Source of the DNA: an uncultured Solibacteraceae bacterium
GTDB taxonomy: Bacteria; Acidobacteriota; Terriglobia; Bryobacterales; Bryobacteraceae
Direction of reading: 5' to 3'
NCBI GenBank assembly: GCA_963853855.1
Contig: CAWKYG010000039.1
Span: 6,943-70,942, forward strand
DNA: 64,000 nt
How positions within the stretch are numbered: the stretch's first letter is position 1; each line of letters starts with the position of its first letter. Made by a program: the position numbers and the translations under genes. The notes beneath the pieces are model-generated. The model did not search any database, was not told where the DNA came from, and saw only the letters and a program-made list of their open reading frames with translations. This document shows positions 11,764-22,800 of the stretch, piece by piece.

Positions 11764-11782
11764 ACACCGCTCGCTGAACGCG

Positions 11783-11826
11783 CGCGGCTCTGATCCGAGC
11801 CGCGACTGTTAAGGAGCGGTCGGTAG
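11783..11826 (+). repeat. intergenic hairpin (CGCGGCTC-tgatcc-GAGCCGCG) plus conserved tail GCGACTGTTAAGGAGCGG; probable terminator/REP-like element
   Basis: 8-bp stem at 11783-11790/11797-11804, directly after the amidase stop. The tail resembles sequences at 37-55 and 15378-15395. Confidence 0.5.
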
Positions 11827-11856
11827 CGCGACACGTCCCCGACACGGGTTCGATGG

Positions 11857-12507
11857 TCAGCGCAGCAGGAAACCGGCGCCATCGATGATGAAGTGGGCCA
11901 GCATATTGCAATTCAGATCGCGCTGCCACAGATACAGCGCGGTGAGAACCGCTCCGCCATATCCGGCGACGATCAACTGAGCCCAACCCCAGCTACTGAG
12001 ATGTGCCAGGGTGAATACCGACCAGGAAATCAGCGCCGCGAACCAGGTTCGCCCAGTCAGCTCTTCGAGCCGGGGAATCGGGTAGCCGCGAAACAGGATC
12101 TCTTCGCAGACCGCGGCGCGCGTCACGAGCAGCAGCCGGTACCAAAACGGCGTGGCCGTCAGTTTGTTGATTTCGGCGGCATTCATGTGCAGGTGGAGGA
12201 GCGGAAACAGGACAAAGTAAATGATCGGGACGCCCATCACAGTTACGATGCCCACAGGAATGGCCGAGAGCGTTCTCCATCGGGGACGGCGGAAGCCAAT
12301 GGACGAAAGGGGCAAGCCTTCCACAAACAAAATGAAAGCCAGGACGATGGCCACCAGGATCCACCAGAGCACCTCGCGCCCCAACAGGGGCCCGAGCCGG
12401 CTGTACCGTTCACCCAAGTCGCCCAGGTGAAGGTTCGCGCCGCCGAGGGTCAGCAGCAGACCGGCGAGAATCTCAAGACGCCGCGCCGTGCTCCCGGTTC
12501 CGCGCAC
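11857..12507 (-). CDS. CPBP-family intramembrane glutamic endopeptidase (CAAX protease-like)
   Basis: 216-aa multi-TM ORF with EEILFRGY ... FTLAHL ... MLAHFIIDGAGF motifs. Confidence 0.8.
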   Translation of the reverse strand: MRGTGSTARRLEILAGLLLTLGGANLHLGDLGERYSRLGPLLGREVLWWILVAIVLAFILFVEGLPLSSIGFRRPRWRTLSAIPVGIVTVMGVPIIYFVLFPLLHLHMNAAEINKLTATPFWYRLLLVTRAAVCEEILFRGYPIPRLEELTGRTWFAALISWSVFTLAHLSSWGWAQLIVAGYGGAVLTALYLWQRDLNCNMLAHFIIDGAGFLLR

Positions 12508-12579
12508 ACCCGAAGTATAGATTAATCTTCAGCGTATGGGCGTACTACGTGGCTTCCCACCTTGATAAAATCGGTTCCC

Positions 12580-15351
12580 ATGACCTCCTCAGGATTGCGT
12601 CCCTTCTTCCTTGCGGCGAGCTTTGTCCTGGTTGCCTATCCGCAAACCAAGCCCACCTTAAAGCCCGCGGACTACGGTAAGTTCGAAACCCTCGGCCAAG
12701 CCACCTTGTCGCCCGACGGGAAATGGGTGGCCTATGAGATTCGCCGCACCAATCGCAACGACGAACTGCGCGTGACCAGCGCGTCCGGCGGGAAGACGCA
12801 GGCGCTGGCCTTCTGCTCGGCAGCCGCGTTCTCCGCGGATTCGCGATGGCTGGCCTGCGAAGCCACCGTTTCCGAAGCCGACCAGGAGAAGTTGAAGAAG
12901 GCCAAAAAGCCGCTTCAGAACAAGATGCACGTTCTGGAACTGGCTACCGGCGCGGTGACCACCGTGGACGATGTGCAGTCCCTCGCGTTCTCCGGGGAAG
13001 GCGACTGGCTGGCGTTCCGCCGCTATGCTCCCGCGCGCGAGCCGGCCTCCGGGCGCGATCCCGCCGGTACGACCCTCACCGTTCGCAACCTGGCCACGGG
13101 CGCCGACACCACTTTCGGAAACGTGACCGGCATGGCCTGGCAGGATGCCGGCACCAACCTGGCGATGACCGTCGGGGTGGAGGGGCGTACCGGCAATGCC
13201 CTGCAAGTGTTCGACCCCAGGAGCGGATCGCTCCGCGTGCTGGATAGCGGGCCGGCCCTGTTCACCGGCCTGGCGTGGCGCAAGGAGTCCAGCGATCTGG
13301 CGGCGTTGCGGAGCGTGAAGCAGGACGGCTTCGATGGCGAAAGCTACGTCGTGCTGGCCTGGAAGGGCCTGGGCGAAAAGCGTTCCACCAAGGTGGACGC
13401 GCCGCAGCGCCTGGTGGGCACGCGCACGCCGCAGTGGTCCGAAGACGGCGCCACGCTGTTTGTCGGCATCGCCCCGTGGCTGAAGAAACCGGCCGGGAAA
13501 AAGAGCGACGAAGACCAGTCTACCGTCGAGGTCTGGCATTCCAAGGACGAATATGTCATCAGCGAACAGAAACTGACCGAGTCGCGCGATCGCGATCGCA
13601 ATGTCACGGCGGCGTGGCACATCGCGACCGGAAAGCTGGTGCCGCTATCCACTAACGATCGGGAGGAAGTCCGCCTGCCGAAACGCGGAGACCGCGCCCT
13701 CGCGCTGGATGGCACGCCCTATGTGGCCGAGTCGATGTTCGGACGCCGGTACACCGATATTTACAAGGTCAATCTGCAAACCGGCGCGCGCGTACAGGTG
13801 GCCAAGAAGCTTTTGCCTCCGGTGGATTTCAGCCCCGGCGGCCGCTACGCCATGAACTTCCGAGACGGCCATTTCTGGGCTTACGATCTGGACGCCGGCG
13901 CCACGCGCGACATCAGTAAAGACGCGCTCAAGGTGATCTTCACCAACCGGGAAAACGATTACCCGGTGCCGCAGAAGCCGCCCTACGGCATCGCCGGATG
14001 GACCAAGGACGACCGCAGCGTCATCGTATACGACGCCTGGGACCTGTGGGAACTGTTTCCGGACGGGGCCGCCAAGCCGCACCGTTTGACCGACGGCGCT
14101 CCGGAAGAGATCCGCAATCGCTATGCCCGTGTGAGCCCCGCGCGTGCCGGAGGCGGGCGGGGCGGCCGCGGCGGTGGCGAGGAGAACGATTGGATCGATC
14201 TTTCCAAGCCCGTTTACCTGAGCCTGGAGGGCCGCTGGACCAAACGCACCGGCTACGCCCGGCTGCAGGACGGCAAAACGGAGCGCCTGTTATTCACCGA
14301 TAAGAGCGTGCGCGGACTGGTGAAGGCTAAGAATGCGGACGTGTTTCTGTACCAGGCGGGCACCTGGGTTTCCTCGCCCAATCTCTATGCGGGCGGCTTG
14401 GAACTGAAGACCGCCCGGCGCATCAGCGATACCAACCCGTTCGCGGCGGAGTATGCGCAGAGCCGTGCGGAGCTGATCGATTATAAGAACGCGCATGCTG
14501 ACCGGCTGCAGGGCGCGCTGTACTACCCGGCGGGTTACGAGCCCGGCAAGAAGTACCCGATGATCGTGCAGATCTACGAGATTGAAAGCAACCAGTTGCA
14601 CAACTGGACCGCTCCCAGCGAACGGGTCACCTACAACCCCGCGGTGTGGACCCAGAACGGATATTTCGTATACCGGCCGGATATTGTGTTTCGCCCGCGG
14701 GCGCCCGGACTTTCGGCCCTGGATTGCGTGACGGCGGGCGTGAAAAAGGTGATCGAGACGGGGATGGTAGACCCTACGCGAGTCGGCCTGGTGGGTCATT
14801 CGTGGGGCGGGTATGAGACCACGTTCATCCTGACGCAGAGCGAGCTGTTCGCCGCGGGCGTGGCCGGCGGACCGCTCACCAACCTGGCGTCCAGCTATGG
14901 GGAGATCTACTGGAACAGCGGCGGGCCGGAGACGAATCACGTGGAAGTGGGGCAGGAGCGCATGGAGGTTCCGCTCTACGAAGACCCGCAGGCATACATT
15001 CGCAACTCGGCGGTGTACTTCGCCAACAAGCTGGCGGCTCCGCTGCTGTTGAGCGTGGGCGATCATGACGGCGCATCGGACTGGCATCAGGACATCGAAC
15101 TGTACAACTCGGCGCGCCGGGCGGGAAAGAACTGCGTGATGCTGGTGTACGAAGGCGAGAATCATTCGGTGGCGCAGAAGGCCAACCAACTGGACTACCA
15201 CCGGCGCATCAATGCGTGGTTCGACCATTACCTGAAGGGGGCACCGGCAGAGGGCTGGATCAATCACGGAGTGAGTGTGCTGGAGCGGGACCGGGAACTG
15301 AAGGGGAACGGAAAAGACAGCGGGACCGGGTCGGGCGCCGGGTTGAACTAG
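12580..15351 (+). CDS. S9-family serine peptidase (prolyl oligopeptidase/acylaminoacyl-peptidase type) with N-terminal beta-propeller
   Basis: Intact ORF 12562..15351. ATG at 12580 followed by a signal-like sequence. GHSWGGYET nucleophile elbow, and C-terminal GDHDG...H triad context. Confidence 0.85.
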   Translation: MTSSGLRPFFLAASFVLVAYPQTKPTLKPADYGKFETLGQATLSPDGKWVAYEIRRTNRNDELRVTSASGGKTQALAFCSAAAFSADSRWLACEATVSEADQEKLKKAKKPLQNKMHVLELATGAVTTVDDVQSLAFSGEGDWLAFRRYAPAREPASGRDPAGTTLTVRNLATGADTTFGNVTGMAWQDAGTNLAMTVGVEGRTGNALQVFDPRSGSLRVLDSGPALFTGLAWRKESSDLAALRSVKQDGFDGESYVVLAWKGLGEKRSTKVDAPQRLVGTRTPQWSEDGATLFVGIAPWLKKPAGKKSDEDQSTVEVWHSKDEYVISEQKLTESRDRDRNVTAAWHIATGKLVPLSTNDREEVRLPKRGDRALALDGTPYVAESMFGRRYTDIYKVNLQTGARVQVAKKLLPPVDFSPGGRYAMNFRDGHFWAYDLDAGATRDISKDALKVIFTNRENDYPVPQKPPYGIAGWTKDDRSVIVYDAWDLWELFPDGAAKPHRLTDGAPEEIRNRYARVSPARAGGGRGGRGGGEENDWIDLSKPVYLSLEGRWTKRTGYARLQDGKTERLLFTDKSVRGLVKAKNADVFLYQAGTWVSSPNLYAGGLELKTARRISDTNPFAAEYAQSRAELIDYKNAHADRLQGALYYPAGYEPGKKYPMIVQIYEIESNQLHNWTAPSERVTYNPAVWTQNGYFVYRPDIVFRPRAPGLSALDCVTAGVKKVIETGMVDPTRVGLVGHSWGGYETTFILTQSELFAAGVAGGPLTNLASSYGEIYWNSGGPETNHVEVGQERMEVPLYEDPQAYIRNSAVYFANKLAAPLLLSVGDHDGASDWHQDIELYNSARRAGKNCVMLVYEGENHSVAQKANQLDYHRRINAWFDHYLKGAPAEGWINHGVSVLERDRELKGNGKDSGTGSGAGLN

Positions 15352-15357
15352 GCCACA

Positions 15358-15387
15358 CGGTCGCGGCCCTGTACGGAGCCGCGACCG
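15358..15387. terminator. 10-bp perfect hairpin between convergent genes (CGGTCGCGGC-n10-GCCGCGACCG)
   Basis: Arms at 15358-15367 and 15378-15387, lying between the S9 stop (15351) and the HU stop (15397). Confidence 0.6.
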
Positions 15388-15396
15388 CTCAGAGGG

Positions 15397-15690
15397 CTAC
15401 GATTTCTTTACTTTTGGCGGGACAATCGCGTCTTTGGCGGCTTTGGCGACGCGGAACTTCACAACTTTCTTGGCGGGGATCTTAATCGCCTGGCCCGTCG
15501 CCGGGTTGCGACCCATGCGGGCTTTGCGGTCTACGCGCACCAGCCGGCCTAAACCGGGCACCACGAATAGGCCGTTCTTCTTCACTTCTGAGATAGCCGT
15601 GCTGGCTAGCGAAGCCAACATGGCTTGTGCCACTTTTTTGGTGACTTCGCACTTGTCTGCCAGAGTCTGGACAATCTGTGATTGCGTCAT
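15397..15690 (-). CDS. hup: HU/IHF-family DNA-binding protein
   Basis: MTQSQIVQTLADK...GRNPATGQAIKIPAKKVVKFRVAKAAKD. The internal Met at 15690 of ORF 15397..15786 gives the usual size of about 97 aa. Confidence 0.85.
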   Translation of the reverse strand: MTQSQIVQTLADKCEVTKKVAQAMLASLASTAISEVKKNGLFVVPGLGRLVRVDRKARMGRNPATGQAIKIPAKKVVKFRVAKAAKDAIVPPKVKKS

Positions 15691-15787
15691 TTCGTCTTTT
15701 ACTCTCCCATTCGGCTTTAGCCGATGACATGATGGTACGCCAACGCAGGCTGCTTGGAAAGAGGAAAAGGCTCGAAAAGCCCGCAAA

Positions 15788-16672
15788 TTAAAGGAATCGG
15801 TACTCCGGAAGGCCTGGAATGCCGGTTTGGAAGGCGAACAGGCCGCCTGCCAGGCGGTGCGCGGGCGCGCTCAGCGAAGCGCTGGTGACGAAGAGCGTGC
15901 GCAAACCGGCGCCGCCGAAGGTGCAACTGGTGATGTTGCGGGCGGGCATTTCGACGATGCGATCGATGGCGCCATCGGGAGCGATCCGGACGACGCACCC
16001 GCCGCCCCACCGGCAGTTCCAAAGGAAGCCTTCACTATCCATCGCGGAGCCGTCGGGAAGGCCGCGTTCGAATCCCGCGAAGAACGGCCGGCGCTTGGCG
16101 ATGGCGCCCGTCGCCCGGTCGTAATCATAGACGTAAATCGCGTTGCACAGCGTGTCGGCGAAATAGAAACGCGTATGATCGGGGCTCCAGGCGAGGGTGT
16201 TGGCGATACCGATCTCGCGCTGCCATTCGCTGACCGCGCCATCGGGGTCGATGCGGTACAGCGCCCCATCGGTGCCGCCGGCTTCAAGCGAAGTCCCGTC
16301 CGGAGCGACGTTGTTGCGCATCGAGCCGGCCCAGAAGGAGCCGCGCGGGCCGGGACGCCCATCGTTCAAACGCACGGCCGGGTAGCCCGGCAGGCGAAAT
16401 CCCTGATCCTGGCGCTCATCGGTCTCCGCGCGCCAGAAGATCAGCCGGGAGGCCAGCGCGACTACCAGGGTGCCCGCACGCGCGGTGAGCCCCAGTGCGG
16501 TGACCGGCTCGTCGAAGAGCCACGTGCGGACCGCGCCGCCGGAATCCAGCCGGTGAATCAGGAAGCGGTTGATATCGGTCCAGTAGAGAGACTCCTCTTC
16601 GTCGCACCAGACCGGGCCTTCGCCGCACCAATCGCCGGCGAGGGCAACGCAATGGGGTTCGAATACCTTCAC
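15788..16672 (-). CDS. SMP-30/gluconolactonase/LRE-family protein
   Basis: 294-aa ORF with GEGPVW, LYWTDI, NDGRPGPRG, ANTLAWSPD, PDGSAMDSEGFLW and LFVTSA blocks. It starts 2 nt after the upstream stop. Confidence 0.8.
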   Translation of the reverse strand: MKVFEPHCVALAGDWCGEGPVWCDEEESLYWTDINRFLIHRLDSGGAVRTWLFDEPVTALGLTARAGTLVVALASRLIFWRAETDERQDQGFRLPGYPAVRLNDGRPGPRGSFWAGSMRNNVAPDGTSLEAGGTDGALYRIDPDGAVSEWQREIGIANTLAWSPDHTRFYFADTLCNAIYVYDYDRATGAIAKRRPFFAGFERGLPDGSAMDSEGFLWNCRWGGGCVVRIAPDGAIDRIVEMPARNITSCTFGGAGLRTLFVTSASLSAPAHRLAGGLFAFQTGIPGLPEYRFL

Positions 16673-16674
16673 GG

Positions 16675-18681
16675 TTACACGAGCACGGTGAACGTGGATT
16701 CGGTGCGCTGCACGGGACGGTACAGCGTGTCGCGCTCCACCGGGACGCGCCCGGCTTTGCGGATCAATTGCAGCAATTCGGCGCGGCGCAAGCCTTGCGT
16801 GGTGGTGGCGCCGGCGTCGTGGTAGATGCGCTCTTCCACGATGGTGCCATCGAGATCGTCCGCTCCGAAGCGCAGGGCGATCTGCGCGATGCGCGGCGTC
16901 ATCATCACCCAGTAGGCTTTGACATGCGGAATATTGTCGAGCATCAGGCGGGCCGCCGCAATGTTCTTGATGTCGGCGAATCCGGTGGTTTTGCCGATGT
17001 GCTGCAAGGGCGTGTTATCCGGGTGGAACGCCAGCGGAATGTAGGTGACGAAGCCGCCGGTTTCGTCCTGGAGCGCGCGCAACTTCACCAGGTGATCCAC
17101 GCGATCCTCATCGTTTTCGATGTGCCCGTAGAGCATGGTGCAGTTGGAGCGCAGGCCCAACCGATGGGCCGTGCGAGCCGTTTCCAACCACTCGTTGCCG
17201 TCGATTTTGTGATCGCAAATGATGCGCCGCACGCGCTCGTTAAAGATTTCCGCGCCGCCGCCCGGCAGGGAATCCATGCCGGCGTCGCGCAGCCGCTCGA
17301 GCGTTTCGCGGATGGAGATTTTCGTGCGCCGGGCGAGGTAGGCGATCTCCACCATGGTGAAGGCCTTGAGATGCACCTGGGGAAATCGCTCCTTGAGGCC
17401 GCGCAGCATTTCGCAGAACCAGTCCAGGGTCAGTTCGGGGTGCAGTCCGCCCACGATGTGGAATTCGGTGACGGCCTCGCTGTAGCCCTCGCCGGCCTTG
17501 TGCCAGACCTCTTCCAGGGACATGGTGTACGCCTTGGGGTCGCGCACGCGCTTGCCGAAGGCGCACAGCCGGCAACTGGCCACGCACACGTCGGTCGGGT
17601 TGATGTGGCGGTTGACGTTGAAATAGGTGGTGTCGCCGTGCAGGCGCTCGCGTACGATGTTGGCCAGGTAGCCGAGCGAGAGGATATCGGTGGTGCGAAA
17701 CAGGGCGAGGCCGTCTTCGAAAGTCAGGCGCTCGCCGGCTTCCACCTTGGCACGGATCGGAACCAGACGAGGATCATCGATGACAACTTGCATGCTTAAG
17801 ACACCCGGTTTGAAGAGGAAAATATCAGCGGCCCAGAATACAAAGAATAGCACGCTCACGTAGCCATTCATGGTGAAGAAGGCGGCGTTGACGCGCGACA
17901 GGTCATGCGGTTTTACCAGGCTGTGTTCGTAGACCAGCAGTCCGGCAATGGCGGCGACTCCGGCAAGGGCGAGGGCGCCGAGGTGCAGCGACCAGACCAG
18001 GGCGAGCAGGCACGCCACCATCAGGAAGTGAAGCGCTTGCGCCAGACGCAAGGCGCGGGCGATTCCCAGGCGGTGCGGCAGGCTGTGAAGGCCCTCGGCG
18101 CGGTCGAATTCGTAGTCCTGGCAGGAGTAGATGACGTCGAATCCGCCGGTCCAGAAAGTCACGGCGGCGGTGAGCCACAGAATGCGGGGGTCCAGGGAGC
18201 CGCGGACGGCGATCCAGGCGGCGGCCGGCGCAATCCCCAGGCTGAAACCCAGTACCAGGTGAGAGAACGAAGTAAACCTTTTGGTGTACGAATAGAAGAA
18301 GACCACCGCCAGCGCCACAGGCGAGAGCATCAGGCAGAGCGGATTCAACTGCCAGGCGGCCAGCACAAAGAGGGCGGAGGCGGCGGCCACAAAACCCCAG
18401 GCGAACCGGTAGCTGAGCAGGCCGGCCGGCAACTGCCGCATACGGGTGCGCGGATTGCGGGCGTCGATTCCGGCATCCACCAGGCGGTTGAACGTCATGG
18501 CGGCGGAGCGGGCGCCCACCATGGCCACTACGATCCAGAGCAGTATCCGCCACAACCCCGCCGTGCCGTAGCCGCCCTGGCGGAACGCCAGCAGCGCTCC
18601 GGTGAGCGCGAAAGGAAGGGCAAAAACCGAATGCTCGAACTTAATCATTTCGAGCGTGAGACGCAATCTTTGCAGCATCAT
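16675..18681 (-). CDS. fusion ORF: UbiA-family polyprenyltransferase (MqnP-like, N-terminal about 296 aa) + MqnE/MqnC-family radical-SAM futalosine-pathway enzyme (C-terminal 372 aa)
   Basis: One uninterrupted 668-aa ORF. The N-terminal part is multi-TM with [15 protein letters not shown]. An internal ATG lies at 17791-17793. The C-terminal part has [23 protein letters not shown] (CxxxCxxC) and GGLHPE. Confidence 0.75.
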   Translation of the reverse strand: MMLQRLRLTLEMIKFEHSVFALPFALTGALLAFRQGGYGTAGLWRILLWIVVAMVGARSAAMTFNRLVDAGIDARNPRTRMRQLPAGLLSYRFAWGFVAAASALFVLAAWQLNPLCLMLSPVALAVVFFYSYTKRFTSFSHLVLGFSLGIAPAAAWIAVRGSLDPRILWLTAAVTFWTGGFDVIYSCQDYEFDRAEGLHSLPHRLGIARALRLAQALHFLMVACLLALVWSLHLGALALAGVAAIAGLLVYEHSLVKPHDLSRVNAAFFTMNGYVSVLFFVFWAADIFLFKPGVLSMQVVIDDPRLVPIRAKVEAGERLTFEDGLALFRTTDILSLGYLANIVRERLHGDTTYFNVNRHINPTDVCVASCRLCAFGKRVRDPKAYTMSLEEVWHKAGEGYSEAVTEFHIVGGLHPELTLDWFCEMLRGLKERFPQVHLKAFTMVEIAYLARRTKISIRETLERLRDAGMDSLPGGGAEIFNERVRRIICDHKIDGNEWLETARTAHRLGLRSNCTMLYGHIENDEDRVDHLVKLRALQDETGGFVTYIPLAFHPDNTPLQHIGKTTGFADIKNIAAARLMLDNIPHVKAYWVMMTPRIAQIALRFGADDLDGTIVEERIYHDAGATTTQGLRRAELLQLIRKAGRVPVERDTLYRPVQRTESTFTVLV

Positions 18682-18822
18682 TCGGGAAGTTACCTACTAT
18701 TTTACTCCGCCTTTCCACGCGGACGGCGCTAGCCCAAAATACTAGCTAAAATTACGATAGCGGAGCGGACCGCGCGTGTTACATTTGGGACTTGTGCCGA
18801 GCACCGGAAAGGGTCTTTAGCA

Positions 18823-19533
18823 ATGTTGGAAGCGTTCGCCCTCTCGGACAAGGGCTGCGTCCGAACGAACAATGAAGACTACTGCCTGATCGAACCGGAC
18901 CTCGGGTTGTACGTGCTGGCCGATGGGATGGGCGGCGCCAAGGCGGGAGAACGGGCTTCGCGGATGGCGGTGGAAACCGTCGCCGAGAAAGTGCTGGTCG
19001 CCCCCCACCGCGACACGCAGGTGCTGCTTTCCGCGGTGGAGGAGGCCAACAGAAGGGTTCTCGAGGCGGCGCAAAGCGATTCCGCTTTGGAAGGCATGGG
19101 AACCACCCTGGTGGCAGCGCTGGAGGTGGATGGCCAACTCTCCATTGCCAGCGTGGGAGACAGCCGGGCTTACGTTCTGGATGCCGATGGCTTCCGCGTG
19201 ATCACCGACGATCAGACCTGGGTCAACGAGGTGGGCCGCCCCCTGGGCCTGGACGAGGACAGCCTGAAGAATCACCCCATGCGCCATGTGCTGACGATGG
19301 CGATTGGGGCCAGTTCTCCGTTGACCGTCAATTACTATTCGGTGCCCCTGCAGTCGGGCACACAGGTGATGATTTGCAGCGACGGACTGCACGGGGTGCT
19401 GGAAGGGCCGCAATTGGAAGAGATTTTGCGCGCCGGCGGCACTTTGGAAGAGAGTTGCCAGCATCTGGTGCAGGCGGCGAAAGAAGCTGGCGGCCCGGAT
19501 AACGTGACTGTGGTGTTGGTCAAGAAAAACTGA
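18823..19533 (+). CDS. PP2C-family Ser/Thr protein phosphatase
   Basis: DKGCVRTNNEDY, LADGMGG, GMGTTLV, GDSRAY, CSDGLH, GGPDNVTVV. Confidence 0.85.
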   Translation: MLEAFALSDKGCVRTNNEDYCLIEPDLGLYVLADGMGGAKAGERASRMAVETVAEKVLVAPHRDTQVLLSAVEEANRRVLEAAQSDSALEGMGTTLVAALEVDGQLSIASVGDSRAYVLDADGFRVITDDQTWVNEVGRPLGLDEDSLKNHPMRHVLTMAIGASSPLTVNYYSVPLQSGTQVMICSDGLHGVLEGPQLEEILRAGGTLEESCQHLVQAAKEAGGPDNVTVVLVKKN

Positions 19534-19649
19534 CAGCTCACCAGATTCATAGCCCCTCATGGCCCCGCCGGGTGCGTTTCCGCCTCGGATAATTCATGAT
19601 TTCCTGTAGTGGAATTAAGCATCTTTAGCCATTAAACTCCACAAATCTA

Positions 19650-19678
19650 TTGACAGCGGTTACATTCGGTGATAACAA
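19650..19678 (+). promoter_or_regulatory. putative promoter of TonB-receptor copy 1 (TTGACA-17 nt-TAACAA)
   Basis: TTGACA at 19650-19655 and TAACAA at 19673-19678. The whole block CTATTGACAGCGGTTACATTCGGTGATAACAA is conserved upstream of copy 2 (24812-24844). Confidence 0.5.
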
Positions 19679-19815
19679 CGATACTAGGTTTCTCGCAAAA
19701 GGCTCGGGCTATGGGTGTGTGAACCCGTAGGTCAACTGAACTGCCGAGTTCAGGGGTGGGTGAAATCAACAGGGGCAGCTACCAACCTGCCATCAGTGTC
19801 GAAAAGGAGATTCAC

Positions 19816-22800
19816 TTGAAAGCCAGAGTTGTCTATTCAGTGATTTGTCTTCTCTTATTGGGCACTTTCGCATCTGCACAGGAGTTTCGTGCCAGCATTT
19901 CAGGCCACGTCACGGACTCCACGGGGGCGACCGTACCGCAGGCGAAAGTCCAGGCTACAAACCTTGCAACCAAGGAAGTTAGCAACGCTACGACAGACAA
20001 TGCCGGAGGCTATACCATTCCGCTGCTGCAACCGGGAATGTACAAGCTGACGATTACAGCGACCGGGTTCAAGCAGTACGTCCGCGACAAGATCAGCCTC
20101 GAAATCAGCCAGGCGGCAGGTATTGACGCCAAGCTGGAATTGGGCGATGTGACGCAGACGGTGGAAGTGAGCGGCGATGCCGCCTTGCTCGAAACGCAGA
20201 CGGCCAACCGCAACGGTCTCATCAACGCCAGAGAAGTTTCCGACCTGCCGCTGAACTCCGGGCGCAATCCGTTCATGCTGGGGCTGACGGCTTCCGGCGT
20301 GACGTTCCGCGGCGCTTCCATCTGGCAGCGTCCGTTCGATAACGGCGCCATCGCCGATTGGGTAGTCAACGGCGGCTGGCAGGAAAGCAATGAATTCCTG
20401 CTGGACGGCGCGCCGAACAACGCGCAGATGGGAACCAATAACATCGCTTACGTGCCCATGGTGGAGACCGTCCAGGAATTCACCATGATGCAGAACACGT
20501 ATGACGCGCAGTACGGCCACACCATGGGCGGCATTCTGAATACCGTCATGAAGAGCGGCGGCAGCACGTTCCACGGCACAGCGTGGGAGTACATGCGGCG
20601 TTCGGCACTGGACGCCAACAACTTCCAGAACACATCGGTCGGAGCGGCGCGTCCGAACCACTATCTGGACGATTACGGCGGGCAGGTTTCCGGGCAGGTG
20701 ATCATTCCGAAAATCCTGAAGCGCGACGGCTATATCAAGTTGTTCTACATGGGCGCCTTCCAGAACTATCGCGAAGCCACGGCCGATCCGCTGCTGGTGA
20801 GCTGGCCCCAGCCCGAAATGCGTAACGGCGATTTCAGCAAACTGGTGAACGGCTCGGGTCAGGCAATCACGATCTACGATCCCACCACCGCAACTTACGA
20901 CGCCAGCGGAAACCTCCTGACCAATCGCACACCGTTTCCAGGGAATGTGATTCCCTCGAACCGCATCAATCCGGCCGCTCTGACGCTGACCAAACTGATG
21001 CCTCTGCCGAACACCACAACTCCGGGCTACCGGTATGGCACCGGCGACCTCAGCCTCCCCGAAGTCACCGATCATGATGCCTACTACAACATGACCATCA
21101 AGTTCGACTGGACCATCGGCGATAAGAACCGCTTCTTCATGCGCGAGGGTTCCAACGACCGTACCGAGCACCGTCCGGGCAATGGAATCGTCGGGCTGGG
21201 CGAGGATGGGCAGTTGCCCTTCCAGCGAATCAATGACAGCTACGTGCTGGATTGGACTTCGACGCTGAATCCGACCACAGTATTCGATATCCGCGCTTCC
21301 AACACCCGGTTCATCGAAAAGGGATCTGGCTTTGATAATGCCGGGCTTCGATTTGAGTACGTTGGGCCTTCCGAAATCGCTCATCTCTTCGTTGCCCGGC
21401 GGATATTTGATGGGCGTCTGGAACGTGGGCGGCTACCAGACTCTGGGCCGCACCAGCAGCGACAACATCACCAACAGCTACGGTATTGAAGCCAGTCTGA
21501 CCAAGGTTGCCGGCAAGCATACGCTAAAGGCCGGGATGGATCTTCGCCGGATTCAGTACCTGGTGTTGGACACCGGCAGCATCCTGGAAGAGGACTTCAC
21601 CTCCGCCTGGACGCAGCAGATTTACAACAATGCCGGAAACGGCCTGGGCGGCGACGGCTACGCCAGCTTCCTGCTGGGATATCCCAGCGGCGGCCAGAGC
21701 AACTATGCGGCGTATCCGTTCTATCGCCAGTGGTACATCGCGCCCTACCTGCAGGACGACTGGAAGGTGAGCAGCCGTCTGACCATCAACCTGGGACTGC
21801 GCTATGACATCAACGAGCCGATCACCGAGAAGTACAACCGGCTGGATTATGCCTTCGACCCGAACGTCGCCAGCCCGATCGGCCCGATGGCCACCCAGAA
21901 CATCGCGAATTTGCATCTGCAGATTCCGGCGCAATTCGCTTCTCTCTACAGCAATCTGGCCAATCTGAAGGGTGGAATGCGGTTCGCAGGTGTGAACGGC
22001 AACTCCCCCATGCCGGCCAACGTCGATAAGACGGGCATTCAGCCTCGCATCGGCTTTGCCTATCGGTTGCGGGACAACCTGGTGATGCGCGGCGGCTTCG
22101 GCAGTTACATGGTCAACCCCAATAACGACTGGATGCAGACCGCGGGGTTCAGCAACAACACTTCGCTGGTCAACAGCAACGATGGCGGCCGCACTCCGAT
22201 TGCCGGCGTGATGAACAACCCGTTTCCTAACGGCATCAATCTGCCGTCCGGATCCAGCCTGGGCGCTTCGACCTACGTCGGGAAGAGTGTCAACTGGTTC
22301 AGCCCCAGCTTCAAGCTGCCGCGTTCGAACCAGTTCTCGTTCGGATTCCAGTATCAGCCCAGCCCCAATGGCACGCTGGACGTTTCGTACGTGGGCAACC
22401 GCGCGATTCACGATCAGTCGAACTTCCCCTTCGACACCAATCCGCAATACGATTCTTGCAGCGTGATGTACGGCGCCTCTACTCCGGCCGGTTTTGCCTC
22501 GCCGGCGGCGTACTGCAACCAGACGCTGCCCAATCCGTTTCAGGGCCTGGCGCCCTTCATCGGCACCAGCCTGTACACCAGCACGACCACCTCGCTCAAC
22601 CAGTTGCTGCGAACTTTCCCGCAGTTCACCGGCGGCACCCAATACGGCCTGAACACGGGAAAAGTCTGGTACAACTCCATGCAGGTGAACTACAACTACC
22701 GCACGCGCAACGGCGTGAACCTGATGTTGAACTACACGCTGTCCAAGCAGAACGAGCGCTGGGGCTACCTCAACTACTATCAGAATCCGATCCAATACCA

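Noticed and set aside
21300-21500. Programmed ribosomal frameshift in the TonB-receptor paralogs, because the breaks lie about 40 nt apart in the alignment.
   Set aside because: The two copies require opposite shifts (+1 and -1) at different sequences. Each is explained by a single-base difference relative to the other paralog, and there is no slippery heptamer.
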